39,252 bases of DNA, taken from a virus. Its lineage: Duplodnaviria > Caudoviricetes. The position numbers were made by a program, and so were the translations under genes. A model generated the notes under the pieces. The model was not told the origin of the DNA and made no database searches. It was given only the letters and a program-made list of their open reading frames with translations. This document shows, one piece after another, positions 9,371 to 18,443 of the stretch (position 1 is its first letter; every line of letters starts with the position of its first letter). The DNA is taken from positions 1 to 39,252 of IMG/VR virus record IMGVR_UViG_3300032277_000024. One strand, written 5' to 3'.

Positions 9371-9515
9371 TTATAAAAAGACTAGCAGTGGTGCTGTAGC
9401 AGATGTAGATTTTTCTATGCGTGTTCAAGAAGCAAATGAAAAGGCTCGCAAAGAACAAGAAAAGTTTATTGAAGAACAGCTTAACGATAACCGTGGTCGT
9501 ATGAATAAAAAATAA
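9348..9515 (+). CDS. Small hypothetical protein (55 aa, not in ORF track)
   Basis: Hand translation MPGKKEPNYKKTSSGAVADVDFSMRVQEANEKARKEQEKFIEEQLNDNRGRMNKK; fills the gap to ATG 9517. Confidence 0.55.
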   Translation: MPGKKEPNYKKTSSGAVADVDFSMRVQEANEKARKEQEKFIEEQLNDNRGRMNKK

Positions 9516-9516
9516 T

Positions 9517-9852
9517 ATGATTAGAAAATTTAAAATAGTAGGTGAAAAATTTAGTGAAGCGTGGACAGCATGTATAATTTGTATGGTTCAAGCAGACTTA
9601 TCAGTGCTTACTATAGGACATGCAATTACCGCAAGCAAGGTAGGAATCCTAACAGGTCTTGCAATGCTTGTTGCAAGTTTTCTTCCATGGGATAACAAAT
9701 GGTTAGGTATATTTTTAACAGGTGTATTTACAATGCTTGCAGATGCACTTATACATGCAAATCATTTTCCAACAGAACATTTAGTAACGGGGTTTGGTGC
9801 TATGCTTTTAGCCTTGTTGTTTGACCAAACTTTTAAAGGAAACAGAAAATAA
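9517..9852 (+). CDS. Small membrane protein (3-4 predicted TM segments)
   Basis: Hydrophobic stretches VGILTGLAMLVASFL, WLGIFLTGVFTMLA and LVTGFGAMLLALLF. Confidence 0.65.
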   Translation: MIRKFKIVGEKFSEAWTACIICMVQADLSVLTIGHAITASKVGILTGLAMLVASFLPWDNKWLGIFLTGVFTMLADALIHANHFPTEHLVTGFGAMLLALLFDQTFKGNRK

Positions 9853-10166
9853 TGCCGTTTGAAAAGTATTCTCCAAAACAAAAGAAGCTTGCAAGGGTTG
9901 CAAAACCTCGTAATAAAATTACCAAAGCAGATTTTGATGAGCTTGGTAATGGGGTTTCTCTTGCAAAGGGCGGTAAGATTGTTTATAAAAAGAAAGGCAG
10001 TTCTGTTAACAAAGCAGGAAACTATACTAAGCCTGAGATGAGAAAAAGGCTTGTTGCTAAATATAAAGCAGGAACTAAAGGTGGCAAGGCAGGGCAATGG
10101 TCTGCACGTAAAGCTCAAATGGTTGCTAAAGAATACAAAGCAAAAGGCGGGGGCTACACATCGTAG
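9852..10166 (+). CDS. Basic protein, DUF5872-like N-terminal half
   Basis: NYTKPEMRKRL...GTKGGKAGQWSARKAQMVAKEYKAKGGGY motif; family name from recall. Confidence 0.65.
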   Translation: MPFEKYSPKQKKLARVAKPRNKITKADFDELGNGVSLAKGGKIVYKKKGSSVNKAGNYTKPEMRKRLVAKYKAGTKGGKAGQWSARKAQMVAKEYKAKGGGYTS

Positions 10167-10174
10167 TATGATAT

Positions 10175-10471
10175 ATGGCAAAAACAAAATCACAGAAATC
10201 TTTAGACAAGTGGACGAAAGAAGACTGGGGTACTAAGAGTGGTAAGCCAAGTACACAGGGCAAAAAGGCCACGGGCGAAAGGTACTTACCAAAAGCGGCG
10301 AGGGCTGCACTCACACCGTCAGAGTATGCGGCAACTTCGAGAGCAAAAAGAAAAGGAACTAAACAAGGAAAACAGTTTGTTAAGCAGCCTAAAGCTATAG
10401 CAAAGAAAACAGCTAGGTATCGCAAATCAGGCGGCAAGATTGGTAAAGCACCACATAATAGGATATACTAA
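10175..10471 (+). CDS. Basic protein, DUF5872-like C-terminal half, ending APHNRIY
   Basis: SQKSLDKWTKEDWGTKSGK...ERYLPKAA...KQFVKQP motif. Confidence 0.65.
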   Translation: MAKTKSQKSLDKWTKEDWGTKSGKPSTQGKKATGERYLPKAARAALTPSEYAATSRAKRKGTKQGKQFVKQPKAIAKKTARYRKSGGKIGKAPHNRIY

Positions 10472-10764
10472 TGGCAGTAAAGAAAAAAGATTCAAGATTA
10501 GCAAGAGCAGGCGTAAGTGGTTTCAATAAACCAAAACGTACACCCAACCATCCAAAGAAGTCACACATTGTTGTAGCTAAAGAAGGTGACAAGATTAAAA
10601 CTATTCGCTTTGGCGAGAAGGGTGCAAGCACCGCAGGCAAACCAAAAGCAGGTGAATCAGCACGTATGAAAGCAAAGCGTAAATCATTTAAAGCTCGCCA
10701 TAGGAAGAATATTGCTAGAGGCAAAATGTCTGCAGCATACTGGGCAGATAAGGTTAAGTGGTAA
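10471..10764 (+). CDS. Conserved small basic phage protein
   Basis: NKPKRTPNHPKKSHIVVAKEGD...IRFG...RKSFKARH...SAAYWADKVKW, a motif set common in aquatic phage structural modules. Confidence 0.75.
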   Translation: MAVKKKDSRLARAGVSGFNKPKRTPNHPKKSHIVVAKEGDKIKTIRFGEKGASTAGKPKAGESARMKAKRKSFKARHRKNIARGKMSAAYWADKVKW

Positions 10765-10928
10765 TGGCTATTGGTAGGTCAGCGGTCAGTCAACAGATTA
10801 GCAAACCTGGAAGAAAGGTAGGTGGTCGTAAAAGAAACTCTACTGGTGCTGTTAGTCCAAGAGGCGCAGGCCAGACAGCTAACCTAAAGACTGACCGCAA
10901 ACAATCGGGACATAACAGATTATATTAA
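10764..10928 (+). CDS. Small basic protein ending SGHNRLY (54 aa, not in ORF track)
   Basis: Hand translation MAIGRSAVSQQISKPGRKVGGRKRNSTGAVSPRGAGQTANLKTDRKQSGHNRLY; TAATG coupling; shares its C-terminal motif with two neighbours. Confidence 0.7.
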   Translation: MAIGRSAVSQQISKPGRKVGGRKRNSTGAVSPRGAGQTANLKTDRKQSGHNRLY

Positions 10929-10939
10929 GGAGAACATAG

Positions 10940-11605
10940 ATGGCAACGTCAGGTACATACAGCTTCTCAATGGATATTGACGAAGTAATTGAAGAAGCCA
11001 TGGAAATGATTGGCGGGGAAGCTACGCTTGGTAACGAGCCTAAGTCTGCTCGCCGTTCAATTAACCTACTTCTCCAAGACTGGCAGAACCGTGGCATCCA
11101 GCTGTGGACTGTTGGAACTACAACTGTAACAGTAACAACCAGCGTTACGTCTTACACACTAGGCGATGAGAACATTGACGTTCTGGAAGCTGTAGTAAAT
11201 CGAGATGACATCGACCTTCAGTTAGAACGCATCAGCATGGAAGAGTATCTGAAAGTTCCTCGTAAAGGACAGACAGGTCGCCCAACACAGTTTGCTGTAC
11301 GTAGGGAGCGTGACCAATCAAGAGTGTATCTGTGGCCTATCCCAGAAAATAGCACAGATGCAATTAAGTTTGAGACTGTAAAGTATTTCCAAGATGTGTC
11401 TAAGTCTTCACAGACTGCTGACATCTCACGCAGATTTTATCCATGCCTTACTGCAGGCACAGCTTACTTTATGTCTATGAAACGTCCTGGTGTAGACGCT
11501 GGTCGTATCCAGATGATTAAGGGTGAGTATGAAGAAAGATTGTTAAGAGCGCAGGAAGAGGATAAGGAACGTGCCAGCATGTATATCTTGCCTCGTCTGA
11601 GGTAG
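10940..11605 (+). CDS. Head-tail adaptor / tail tubular protein A-like (second)
   Basis: MATSGT..F.MD, ARRSINLLL.DWQNRGIQLWT, RIS.EEYL..P.K..TGRPTQ, YLWP.P; AAGGAG SD. Confidence 0.7.
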   Translation: MATSGTYSFSMDIDEVIEEAMEMIGGEATLGNEPKSARRSINLLLQDWQNRGIQLWTVGTTTVTVTTSVTSYTLGDENIDVLEAVVNRDDIDLQLERISMEEYLKVPRKGQTGRPTQFAVRRERDQSRVYLWPIPENSTDAIKFETVKYFQDVSKSSQTADISRRFYPCLTAGTAYFMSMKRPGVDAGRIQMIKGEYEERLLRAQEEDKERASMYILPRLR

Positions 11606-11609
11606 TGAC

Positions 11610-11867
11610 ATGGGAGCAACTAAAGCATTAGGTCTGTGCGACATCTGCGGTTTTAGATATGAACTAAAATCACTTAAGAAAAACAGCTACGGCATGATGG
11701 TGTGTACAGCTGATTACGAAGGTAAGTTTGACCAAAAGAATCACCCACAAAATAGAATTGCAAGAGTAACAGAAGACTGGTTTGTTAAAGACCCTAGACC
11801 ACAAGTACCCTCGTTAGTATCAGCAGTACCTGTGTCCTCTTGGCTTCCGCCATATCCAGGACCGTAA
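11610..11867 (+). CDS. Small Zn-ribbon-like protein (paralog 1)
   Basis: CDICGFRY...MVCTAD...NHPQN...DPRP. Confidence 0.7.
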   Translation: MGATKALGLCDICGFRYELKSLKKNSYGMMVCTADYEGKFDQKNHPQNRIARVTEDWFVKDPRPQVPSLVSAVPVSSWLPPYPGP

Positions 11868-11870
11868 TAG

Positions 11871-12170
11871 ATGGCTAAAGGAAAAAATGTACAGGCTGAA
11901 TGTGATATTTGTGGGTTTGCTTATCCACGTAGTAGATTACGCAAGAATAGCTTTAACCTCTGGGTGTGTCCCTCTGACTGGGATGGAAGCTATGACAGGG
12001 TTAACCACGCACAGAACAAAGTCCCTGACATGCGAGACAGAAGCCAGTATGTAATGAATGCAAGACCTGACCCTAATATCGACAGAGGTATTACTTGGGA
12101 CAAGGCTACACAAAGATATACCACAATATACCAGTGGGAGTTGGTAGACATAAGTTGGAATAATGTATAA
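11871..12170 (+). CDS. Small Zn-ribbon-like protein (paralog 2)
   Basis: CDICGFAY...WVCPSD...NHAQN...NARPD. Confidence 0.7.
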   Translation: MAKGKNVQAECDICGFAYPRSRLRKNSFNLWVCPSDWDGSYDRVNHAQNKVPDMRDRSQYVMNARPDPNIDRGITWDKATQRYTTIYQWELVDISWNNV

Positions 12171-15100
12171 TGACTGATTTAACTGGCAAGCTAATTGCTA
12201 ACACATATAAAGACCTTCTCACGGTAAACACTAGTACCACTAATACTGGGTTGGACAATAACTTACGTAAAGTACAAGATGGTGCTGGTAATAGCTCGTC
12301 TTTAAAACTATCACAGACTGATGCTGCCTTTACTGGCAACGTAAGTGTCAACGGCAACCTGACAGTTGAAGGTACATTTCAACCAGACACAGTTAACACT
12401 AATGAGTTACAAGCCACTAGAATCTCAGCTACTAGCATTACAACAAACTTTCTTACTGCTGGAACACTTATCTTTCAAGACGTAAGTGTAAGCAGCTTAC
12501 GTACAGGTAACTTATATGCTGCTAATATTAGTGCAGGTACAGTTAGTGCCACCAACATCAACGCAACAAACATTACAGTAGCTGGGGATAACGTAGCTAC
12601 CAGCAGTGCCTTGGCTTCTGTTAATGATGCATTGGTTTCTGTTGAGGCAGTTATTTCAAGTAACATTGTATTTGTTCTTAACGCACAAGCTTCTGTTCTT
12701 ACTATACTGGCAGGCTTATCAGCAACAGATGTAAACCTACAGAATAATATTAATAGTGTATCAACAACAGTATCTGCGGTCAATGTTCAGGTAGGTATTA
12801 ATGCTACACAGATTAATACATTATCTACTTCTATTACTGCTAATGCTTCAGCTATTGTTGTTAATAGTGACGCCATTACTTCTATTAACTCTGTGATTGC
12901 AGGCGGTGCTTTTGCAAGTGTAGGTACATCTGCTACACTAGAGACTAGGATTGCAGGTGTAAGCAGTACTATGGCTACCAGTATTAATAATAGTAACACA
13001 GCCATTACTAATCTATCAGCTACTCTTGCCTCTACCTCTGCGACTTTGGAAAGTCATATTAACACGGTTTCGGCTACCTTGTCAAGTACTAATGTTGCAC
13101 TACAGACAAGTATTGGTAACAGCAATACTGCAATTGCTACACTATCAGCTACGATGGCAACAAGCATTGGTAATAAAGTATCTAAGTCTGGTGACACAAT
13201 GACTGGAGACTTGTCGTTTGGTGATAACAACAAGATTAATTTAGGTGCAGGCTCAGACCTCAACTTGTATCACGATGGCTCTGACAGCATAATCGAGGAT
13301 ACTGGCACGGGCGACCTTATTATTAAGGCTTCTCAAAGAATATGGATGAAGGGTATTAACGATGAAACCCTCATCAGGTCTACAGAAAACTCTGAGATTT
13401 CGTTGTACCATAATAATAACGAAAAACTATCTACTTTACCTGGCGGAATCATAGTCTATGGTAACATTAAAGGTGCTACTTTAACTATTTCTGACATAGA
13501 TTATCCAGCAGCAGACGGCACGGCTAATCAAGTTATTAAAACAGATGGCGCTGGAACCCTTTCTTTTACTTCAGTTATTACTGATGGCAGTGTTTTTGCA
13601 AGTGCGGGAACTTCTGCTACACTAGAGACTAGAATTGCCACAGTAAGTTCTACAATGGCAGCAAGTATTGCCTCTGTATCAGCTACTATGGCTACAAGCA
13701 TTGCTAATAGTAATTCAAACATTGCCGCAGTATCTGTTCTTACAAAAACAAACTTAGATGCTATTGCTTCTGTTAATTCAATTGCGGTAGCTGCAGCAAG
13801 TGCAGGAACATCCGCAAGCCTTGAGACTCGTATTGCAACAGTAAGCTCTACTTTAGCTACGTCTATTGCTAATAGTAATGCAGCTATTGCCGCAGTAAGC
13901 TCTACGATGGCAACAAGTATTAACAATAGTAATACCGCTATTACTTCTGTAAATACTCGAATTAATTCTGTATCTGTTTTGGCCGAAACCAAAGCTAGTG
14001 CCGCTACATCGGCTAACTTACAAACTAGAATTAATGCGGTATCTGTTCTAACACAGACAAACAAAACAAGTATTGCCGCTAACGCTTCGGCTATTGCAGT
14101 TCTTCAGGGCGCTACTTATGCTAGTGCAGGAACATCAGCTACATTAGAAAGTAGAATTGCTGGTGTAAGTTCTACAATGGCAACGTCTATTTCAAATAGT
14201 AACTCAGCAATCGCAACTTTAAGTGCAACAATGGCGACAAGTATTGCCAATCATTTAAGGCTTTCGGGCGGTACACTTACAGGTTCATTGACCCTTAATG
14301 CAGACCCCAGTACAAATTTACAAGCAGCCACAAAAGCTTATGTAGATAATCTTACAGCCTCAAGTATCCACGTTCACGAAGCAGTAAGAGTAGAAACAAA
14401 TACTACAAATCTAAATGCTACATATGATAATGGCTCTTCAGGTGTAGGTGCTACTCTTACTAATGCAGGAACTCAAGAAGCTTTGGTTATTGATGGTGTA
14501 ACGCTTAACACAAGTGACCGTGTTCTTGTTATTGGTCAAACCAATCAGACACAAAACGGTGTTTATGTAGTTACTAATACAGGCTCTCCTTCTACTAACT
14601 GGATATTAACACGCTCAGATGATGCTGACACTTCTGGTGATGGCTCTCCTGATACCCTGGATGAAGGTTCTTACTTCTTTGTTCAAGAAGGAACTATTGG
14701 CGCTGCTCATTCTTTTGTTTGCAATACACAAGGAACAATTGTATTCGGAACAACTAATATTACCTTTGCACAGTTTAGTGATTCTGTTGAGTATACTGCA
14801 GGTACAGGTATTAATGTTAATGCCAGCCGTGTGATTTCTACATCAGGTGTAGCTACAACAGGACAGCTTACAACTCTTTCTGCTACGCTGGCTACAAGCA
14901 TTGCTAATGTATCAGCAACATTAGAATCACGTATTGCTACAGTGTCTGCTCTTATTCCTACATCATTAACAGAGCTAGGAATTTCTGATGGTACTGCTGG
15001 TCAGTATTTACAAACTAATGCTAATGGAACATATTCATTTACATCTGTTGCAGGTGGCGGTTCTGGTATTTCAAACATAACAGCAGGCACTAATATAGCA

Positions 15101-16534
15101 CTTACTCAGAATGGTGTTACTGTTACCGACACTACGACAAGTGCTACAATTAATGTAGTAGGTGTAGCTAGTGCTGGAACATCTGCCGCTTTAGAATCTC
15201 GTATTGCTTCAGTAAGCTCTGCAATGGCTACTAGTATTAACAATAGTAATGCCGCTATTACAGCTTTGTCAGCTACAATGGCTACAAGTATTAATAACAG
15301 TAATACAAACATCGCCGCTGTCTCTGTCTTAACAAAAACAAACAAAGATGCTATTACTTCTATCAATGGTGTGTTAGGAGATGGTAGTACTTTCGCAAGC
15401 GCAGGAACTTCTGCTACCCTGCAAACTAAAATTGCTACGCTGTCAGCTACAATGGCTACAAGTATTAACAACAGCAACACAGCAATTGCTACATTGTCAG
15501 CAACAATGGCTACGAGTATCAACAATAGTAATACAAACATTACTACTAATGCTGCCGCCATCACATCCATTAATGGTGTGTTAGGAACAGGGGCTTTTGC
15601 AAGCGCAGGAACCTCTGCTACATTACAAACTAAAATTGCTACGTTGTCAGCTACAATGGCTACCAGTATTAACAATAGAACCGCTGCAATTACATCTGTA
15701 AATACCAGAATTAATGCGGTGTCTGTTTTAACCAAGACAAATAAAGATGATATTACTTCCATTAATGGTGTACTTGGTGATGGCAGTGCTTTTGCAAGCG
15801 CTGGAACATCAGCTACGCTTCAAACCAAAATTAATACAGTATCATCTACAATGGCTACGAGTATTAACAATAGCAACTCAGCAATTGCCACACTATCAGC
15901 TACGATGGCTACAAGCATTAGTAATTATCTTCCTCTTGCTGGCGGCACGGTAACTGGCGACGTATCTTTCGGCGACGATGACAAAGCCATCTTTGGTGCT
16001 GGCTCTGACTTGCAGATTTATCACGATGGGTCGAATAGCTATGTGAAAGATGCTGGAACAGGGGATTTGTATATTCAAGGAACGCAACTTAGATTGCAAT
16101 CCGCTACTGGAGAAAGCTTTTTTGTAGGTGTAGCAGATGGTTCTGCTTATGTTTATCACAATGGCTCAGCCAAATTAGAAACCACCTCCACAGGCATCGA
16201 AGTAACTGGTAATGTAGTGTCCGAAGTCGCAATCAATACACAGACTGGTACTACCTACACAACGGTTCTTGCTGACCAGTCCAAGCTGGTGACGCTTAAT
16301 AACGGCTCTGCTATTACGCTAACTATACCTGCTAACTCCTCTGTCGCATATCCAGTAGGCACGAAGATTGACTTCGCTCAGTTGGGTGCAGGGCAGGTGA
16401 CATTTGCTGGTGCTGGTGGCGTTACAGTAAACGGCACACCAACACTAAAACTAAGAGCGCAATATTCAGCAGCAACGTGTATTAAAATCGCAACTGATAC
16501 TTGGTTATTGGTTGGTGACTTAGCGGAATCTTAA
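12170..16534 (+). CDS. Long tail fibre, Ser/Thr/Ala/Asn-rich repetitive coiled coil with interspersed beta modules
   Basis: 1454 aa. Repeats ASAGTSATL[EQ][TS][RK]I..[VL]S.TMATSI.NSN; fibre modules (AATKAYVD; IDGVTL..SDRVLV..QT.QTQNGVY); C-terminal NTQTGTTYT...PVGT domain. Confidence 0.85.
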   Translation: MTDLTGKLIANTYKDLLTVNTSTTNTGLDNNLRKVQDGAGNSSSLKLSQTDAAFTGNVSVNGNLTVEGTFQPDTVNTNELQATRISATSITTNFLTAGTLIFQDVSVSSLRTGNLYAANISAGTVSATNINATNITVAGDNVATSSALASVNDALVSVEAVISSNIVFVLNAQASVLTILAGLSATDVNLQNNINSVSTTVSAVNVQVGINATQINTLSTSITANASAIVVNSDAITSINSVIAGGAFASVGTSATLETRIAGVSSTMATSINNSNTAITNLSATLASTSATLESHINTVSATLSSTNVALQTSIGNSNTAIATLSATMATSIGNKVSKSGDTMTGDLSFGDNNKINLGAGSDLNLYHDGSDSIIEDTGTGDLIIKASQRIWMKGINDETLIRSTENSEISLYHNNNEKLSTLPGGIIVYGNIKGATLTISDIDYPAADGTANQVIKTDGAGTLSFTSVITDGSVFASAGTSATLETRIATVSSTMAASIASVSATMATSIANSNSNIAAVSVLTKTNLDAIASVNSIAVAAASAGTSASLETRIATVSSTLATSIANSNAAIAAVSSTMATSINNSNTAITSVNTRINSVSVLAETKASAATSANLQTRINAVSVLTQTNKTSIAANASAIAVLQGATYASAGTSATLESRIAGVSSTMATSISNSNSAIATLSATMATSIANHLRLSGGTLTGSLTLNADPSTNLQAATKAYVDNLTASSIHVHEAVRVETNTTNLNATYDNGSSGVGATLTNAGTQEALVIDGVTLNTSDRVLVIGQTNQTQNGVYVVTNTGSPSTNWILTRSDDADTSGDGSPDTLDEGSYFFVQEGTIGAAHSFVCNTQGTIVFGTTNITFAQFSDSVEYTAGTGINVNASRVISTSGVATTGQLTTLSATLATSIANVSATLESRIATVSALIPTSLTELGISDGTAGQYLQTNANGTYSFTSVAGGGSGISNITAGTNIALTQNGVTVTDTTTSATINVVGVASAGTSAALESRIASVSSAMATSINNSNAAITALSATMATSINNSNTNIAAVSVLTKTNKDAITSINGVLGDGSTFASAGTSATLQTKIATLSATMATSINNSNTAIATLSATMATSINNSNTNITTNAAAITSINGVLGTGAFASAGTSATLQTKIATLSATMATSINNRTAAITSVNTRINAVSVLTKTNKDDITSINGVLGDGSAFASAGTSATLQTKINTVSSTMATSINNSNSAIATLSATMATSISNYLPLAGGTVTGDVSFGDDDKAIFGAGSDLQIYHDGSNSYVKDAGTGDLYIQGTQLRLQSATGESFFVGVADGSAYVYHNGSAKLETTSTGIEVTGNVVSEVAINTQTGTTYTTVLADQSKLVTLNNGSAITLTIPANSSVAYPVGTKIDFAQLGAGQVTFAGAGGVTVNGTPTLKLRAQYSAATCIKIATDTWLLVGDLAES
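12900..15930 (+). repeat. Degenerate intragenic repeats (ATGGC[TA]AC.AG[TC]ATT core, encoding MATSI) in the tail fibre; also at about 20330-20690
   Basis: Many near-identical copies seen directly, e.g. near 12971, 13153, 13688, 15277, 15452, 15656 and 15851. Confidence 0.8.
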
Positions 16535-16535
16535 A

Positions 16536-17375
16536 ATGTCAACGCTTGGTATCATAGCCTCGTCACATAAGTTTGAAGCAGGAAGGGTTACAATTGACCT
16601 TACGATTTCTAGTAATACAAATAATTATAATATAGTAACCGAAAGAGGTGGCACGTATGACGCTGGAAACACAGACGTAACCCTTACAATTAACTCTGGT
16701 GTTACGGTAGGCTCTACTGCTACCTTTACTCCTGCGCTAAATACTGGCTCCACTTGGACGACTGGAGATACTATTACCATTATCAACAACGGCACAATTA
16801 AAGGTCTTGGTGGTAATGGTGGTGCTGGTGGGGATGTTGTATATTCTAATACATCTGGTGATGGTTCTGCTGGCACTGTAGGTGGACGAGCTTTTCGTGC
16901 GCAGTTTGCCTGTACATTTACTAATAATGGCTCTGTCTATGGCGGCGGCGGTGGTGGAGGTGGTGGGGGAAGTATTCAAGGACTCGAAACCAAAACTATT
17001 CAAACTTATGCTTATGGCGGCGGCGGTGGTGGCGGCGGTGCTGGTGTTAATTCAAGCACAGGGGGAGCAGGCGGTACTGCGTCAGGTGCTACTCTTTTAG
17101 ATAACGGTGATGCGGGTTCTTCTGGTACTGCAACTGCTGGTGGTTCTGGTGGTGTTGGTGGTTGGAATAATAGTGCTAGTACCTCTTCTGCTGGAGCAGG
17201 CGGTGCTGGAGGTGGTTTAGGTTCTAGTGGTAGTACTGGAGTTACTCCTACAGGTGGCATTTCTAACGGCACTGGCGGCGCTGGTGGTTTAGCTGGTCAC
17301 TATCAATTTGGTGCATCTTTTATTAATGGTGGCGCTGGCATTGGTGGAACAGTAGGTGGTAGAAGTACAGGTTGA
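16536..17375 (+). CDS. Glycine-rich tail fibre tip / adhesin (gp38-like polyglycine)
   Basis: LTINSGVTVG, IINNGTIKGLGGNGG, TNNGSVYGGGGGGGGGG and further Gly runs; directly after the fibre. Confidence 0.75.
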   Translation: MSTLGIIASSHKFEAGRVTIDLTISSNTNNYNIVTERGGTYDAGNTDVTLTINSGVTVGSTATFTPALNTGSTWTTGDTITIINNGTIKGLGGNGGAGGDVVYSNTSGDGSAGTVGGRAFRAQFACTFTNNGSVYGGGGGGGGGGSIQGLETKTIQTYAYGGGGGGGGAGVNSSTGGAGGTASGATLLDNGDAGSSGTATAGGSGGVGGWNNSASTSSAGAGGAGGGLGSSGSTGVTPTGGISNGTGGAGGLAGHYQFGASFINGGAGIGGTVGGRSTG

Positions 17376-17400
17376 CATAAATAACAAAAAAGGTTATAAT
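17372..17400 (+). promoter_or_regulatory. Perfect consensus sigma70 promoter TTGACA-17-TATAAT
   Basis: TTGACA at 17372-17377 (contains the upstream TGA stop), TATAAT at 17395-17400, ATG at 17407. Confidence 0.85.
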
Positions 17401-17406
17401 AGTAAA

Positions 17407-17766
17407 ATGAATTATAAAATACACGTATCAGGTTATATTGAAAGCACTCAACAGTTGCTTGTTTCTTTTTCTTCTGATGACACAAAGCATGAGGCTAAAG
17501 ATTATCAGTCGTTAGCTTTTGATATTGTTCCTTATGGTGACATGAGTGTTTCAGATATTTTAAAAGAAATTGCCAAGCAAGCTCCAACGCTTTGTCAAGA
17601 CATTGTTATGTATGAAAAAGTTACAGACAACAGCGAGAAGTCAGAAGAGTTTAGGGCTTTAATTGGTAAAGAGTTTGTATATGAACATAAAGATTTATTT
17701 ATTACTGATGCCGTCCAGTTACTAAAAGAATCAGCACCAGAGGCGGTTGAGTCCGAAACATTGTAA
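17407..17766 (+). CDS. Hypothetical protein (probably leaderless)
   Basis: ATG 17407 (MNYKIHV...) lies 7 nt after the -10 box, with no SD. Confidence 0.7.
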   Translation: MNYKIHVSGYIESTQQLLVSFSSDDTKHEAKDYQSLAFDIVPYGDMSVSDILKEIAKQAPTLCQDIVMYEKVTDNSEKSEEFRALIGKEFVYEHKDLFITDAVQLLKESAPEAVESETL

Positions 17767-18443
17767 TGACTATACAAAGCGATATTAACTTTGGTCCTAA
17801 TAAGAACACTGACAATAAACTGTTGGTGTCTGCTGCTTTTAATATCCACGAAAGTGGCTATATGAGCAGAGACAGTGCGCTTGAAATAGGACATAACAAT
17901 GGAGAAATAGTATACCATCCAACAATTTCTGGACTAATTAGAAGCGGTGAAAATCATTTGCTAACTAAAGGTCGTATTCGTATTATTTACGATTTACATG
18001 ATAGTGTTACTCCAGAACATATTGAAAACTATATTACATATATTACAGCAGACCAACCAAACGTAAGAGCTATCCACGAGCCTGTATCTAATTCAATACA
18101 TGTGTTTTATAACATATCTTATACTCAAGATACATTTAGAGAACTACCTGCTAAGTATGCGCCTCTGTCTGATAAATCTAAATTTATGGTTAGTGAAGGT
18201 AGTGACATGTTTTGTTTCCTTAGAATTGATAATGAGCCTGAAGCATGGACTGTAGAGTACAGAGACATTACTAATAATGCTACGATTAACAAACAAGGAG
18301 GATTATGTTATGTCATATTTAGTACCGCTGTGTCTGTTAATGGGAATCTTTTGGTTCCTGCTAAAGCATACAAAGTAACTTCAGACACTCTTGAAGTTAC
18401 TGTATCTGAGAATACAAAAGTTGTGAGGATGTATCGTGATTAA
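17766..18443 (+). CDS. Hypothetical protein (beta-rich, possibly cupin-like)
   Basis: 225 aa, TAATG coupled; fold guess only from alternating hydrophobic strands. Confidence 0.6.
   Translation: MTIQSDINFGPNKNTDNKLLVSAAFNIHESGYMSRDSALEIGHNNGEIVYHPTISGLIRSGENHLLTKGRIRIIYDLHDSVTPEHIENYITYITADQPNVRAIHEPVSNSIHVFYNISYTQDTFRELPAKYAPLSDKSKFMVSEGSDMFCFLRIDNEPEAWTVEYRDITNNATINKQGGLCYVIFSTAVSVNGNLLVPAKAYKVTSDTLEVTVSENTKVVRMYRD

Noticed and set aside
10161-10177. Stop readthrough joining 9852 and 10175, or a TATGAT promoter there
   Set aside because: The ORFs are out of frame (8-nt gap) with no slippery site; TATGAT has no -35 box and is too close to the ATG.
12141-12171. GTATAAT at the fibre start
   Set aside because: Produced by the TAATG stop/start overlap; candidate -35 boxes are 15 or 19 nt away.
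12475-15762. Long minus-strand hydrophobic ORFs (e.g. 13528..14064, 15106..15762)
   Set aside because: Antisense shadows of the Ser/Thr/Ala/Asn repeats in the fibre; no SD or independent motif.
12900-15930. Repeats as a CRISPR array or DGR template/variable repeat
   Set aside because: Repeats are degenerate, in frame and vary mostly at third codon positions; no unique spacers, no cas gene and no reverse transcriptase in the window.
17356-17406. ORF-track upstream starts at 17356 (also 5410, 8571, 19661, 34919, 37687)
   Set aside because: They overlap upstream genes or promoters; downstream ATGs have SD sequences, stop-start coupling or a leaderless context.
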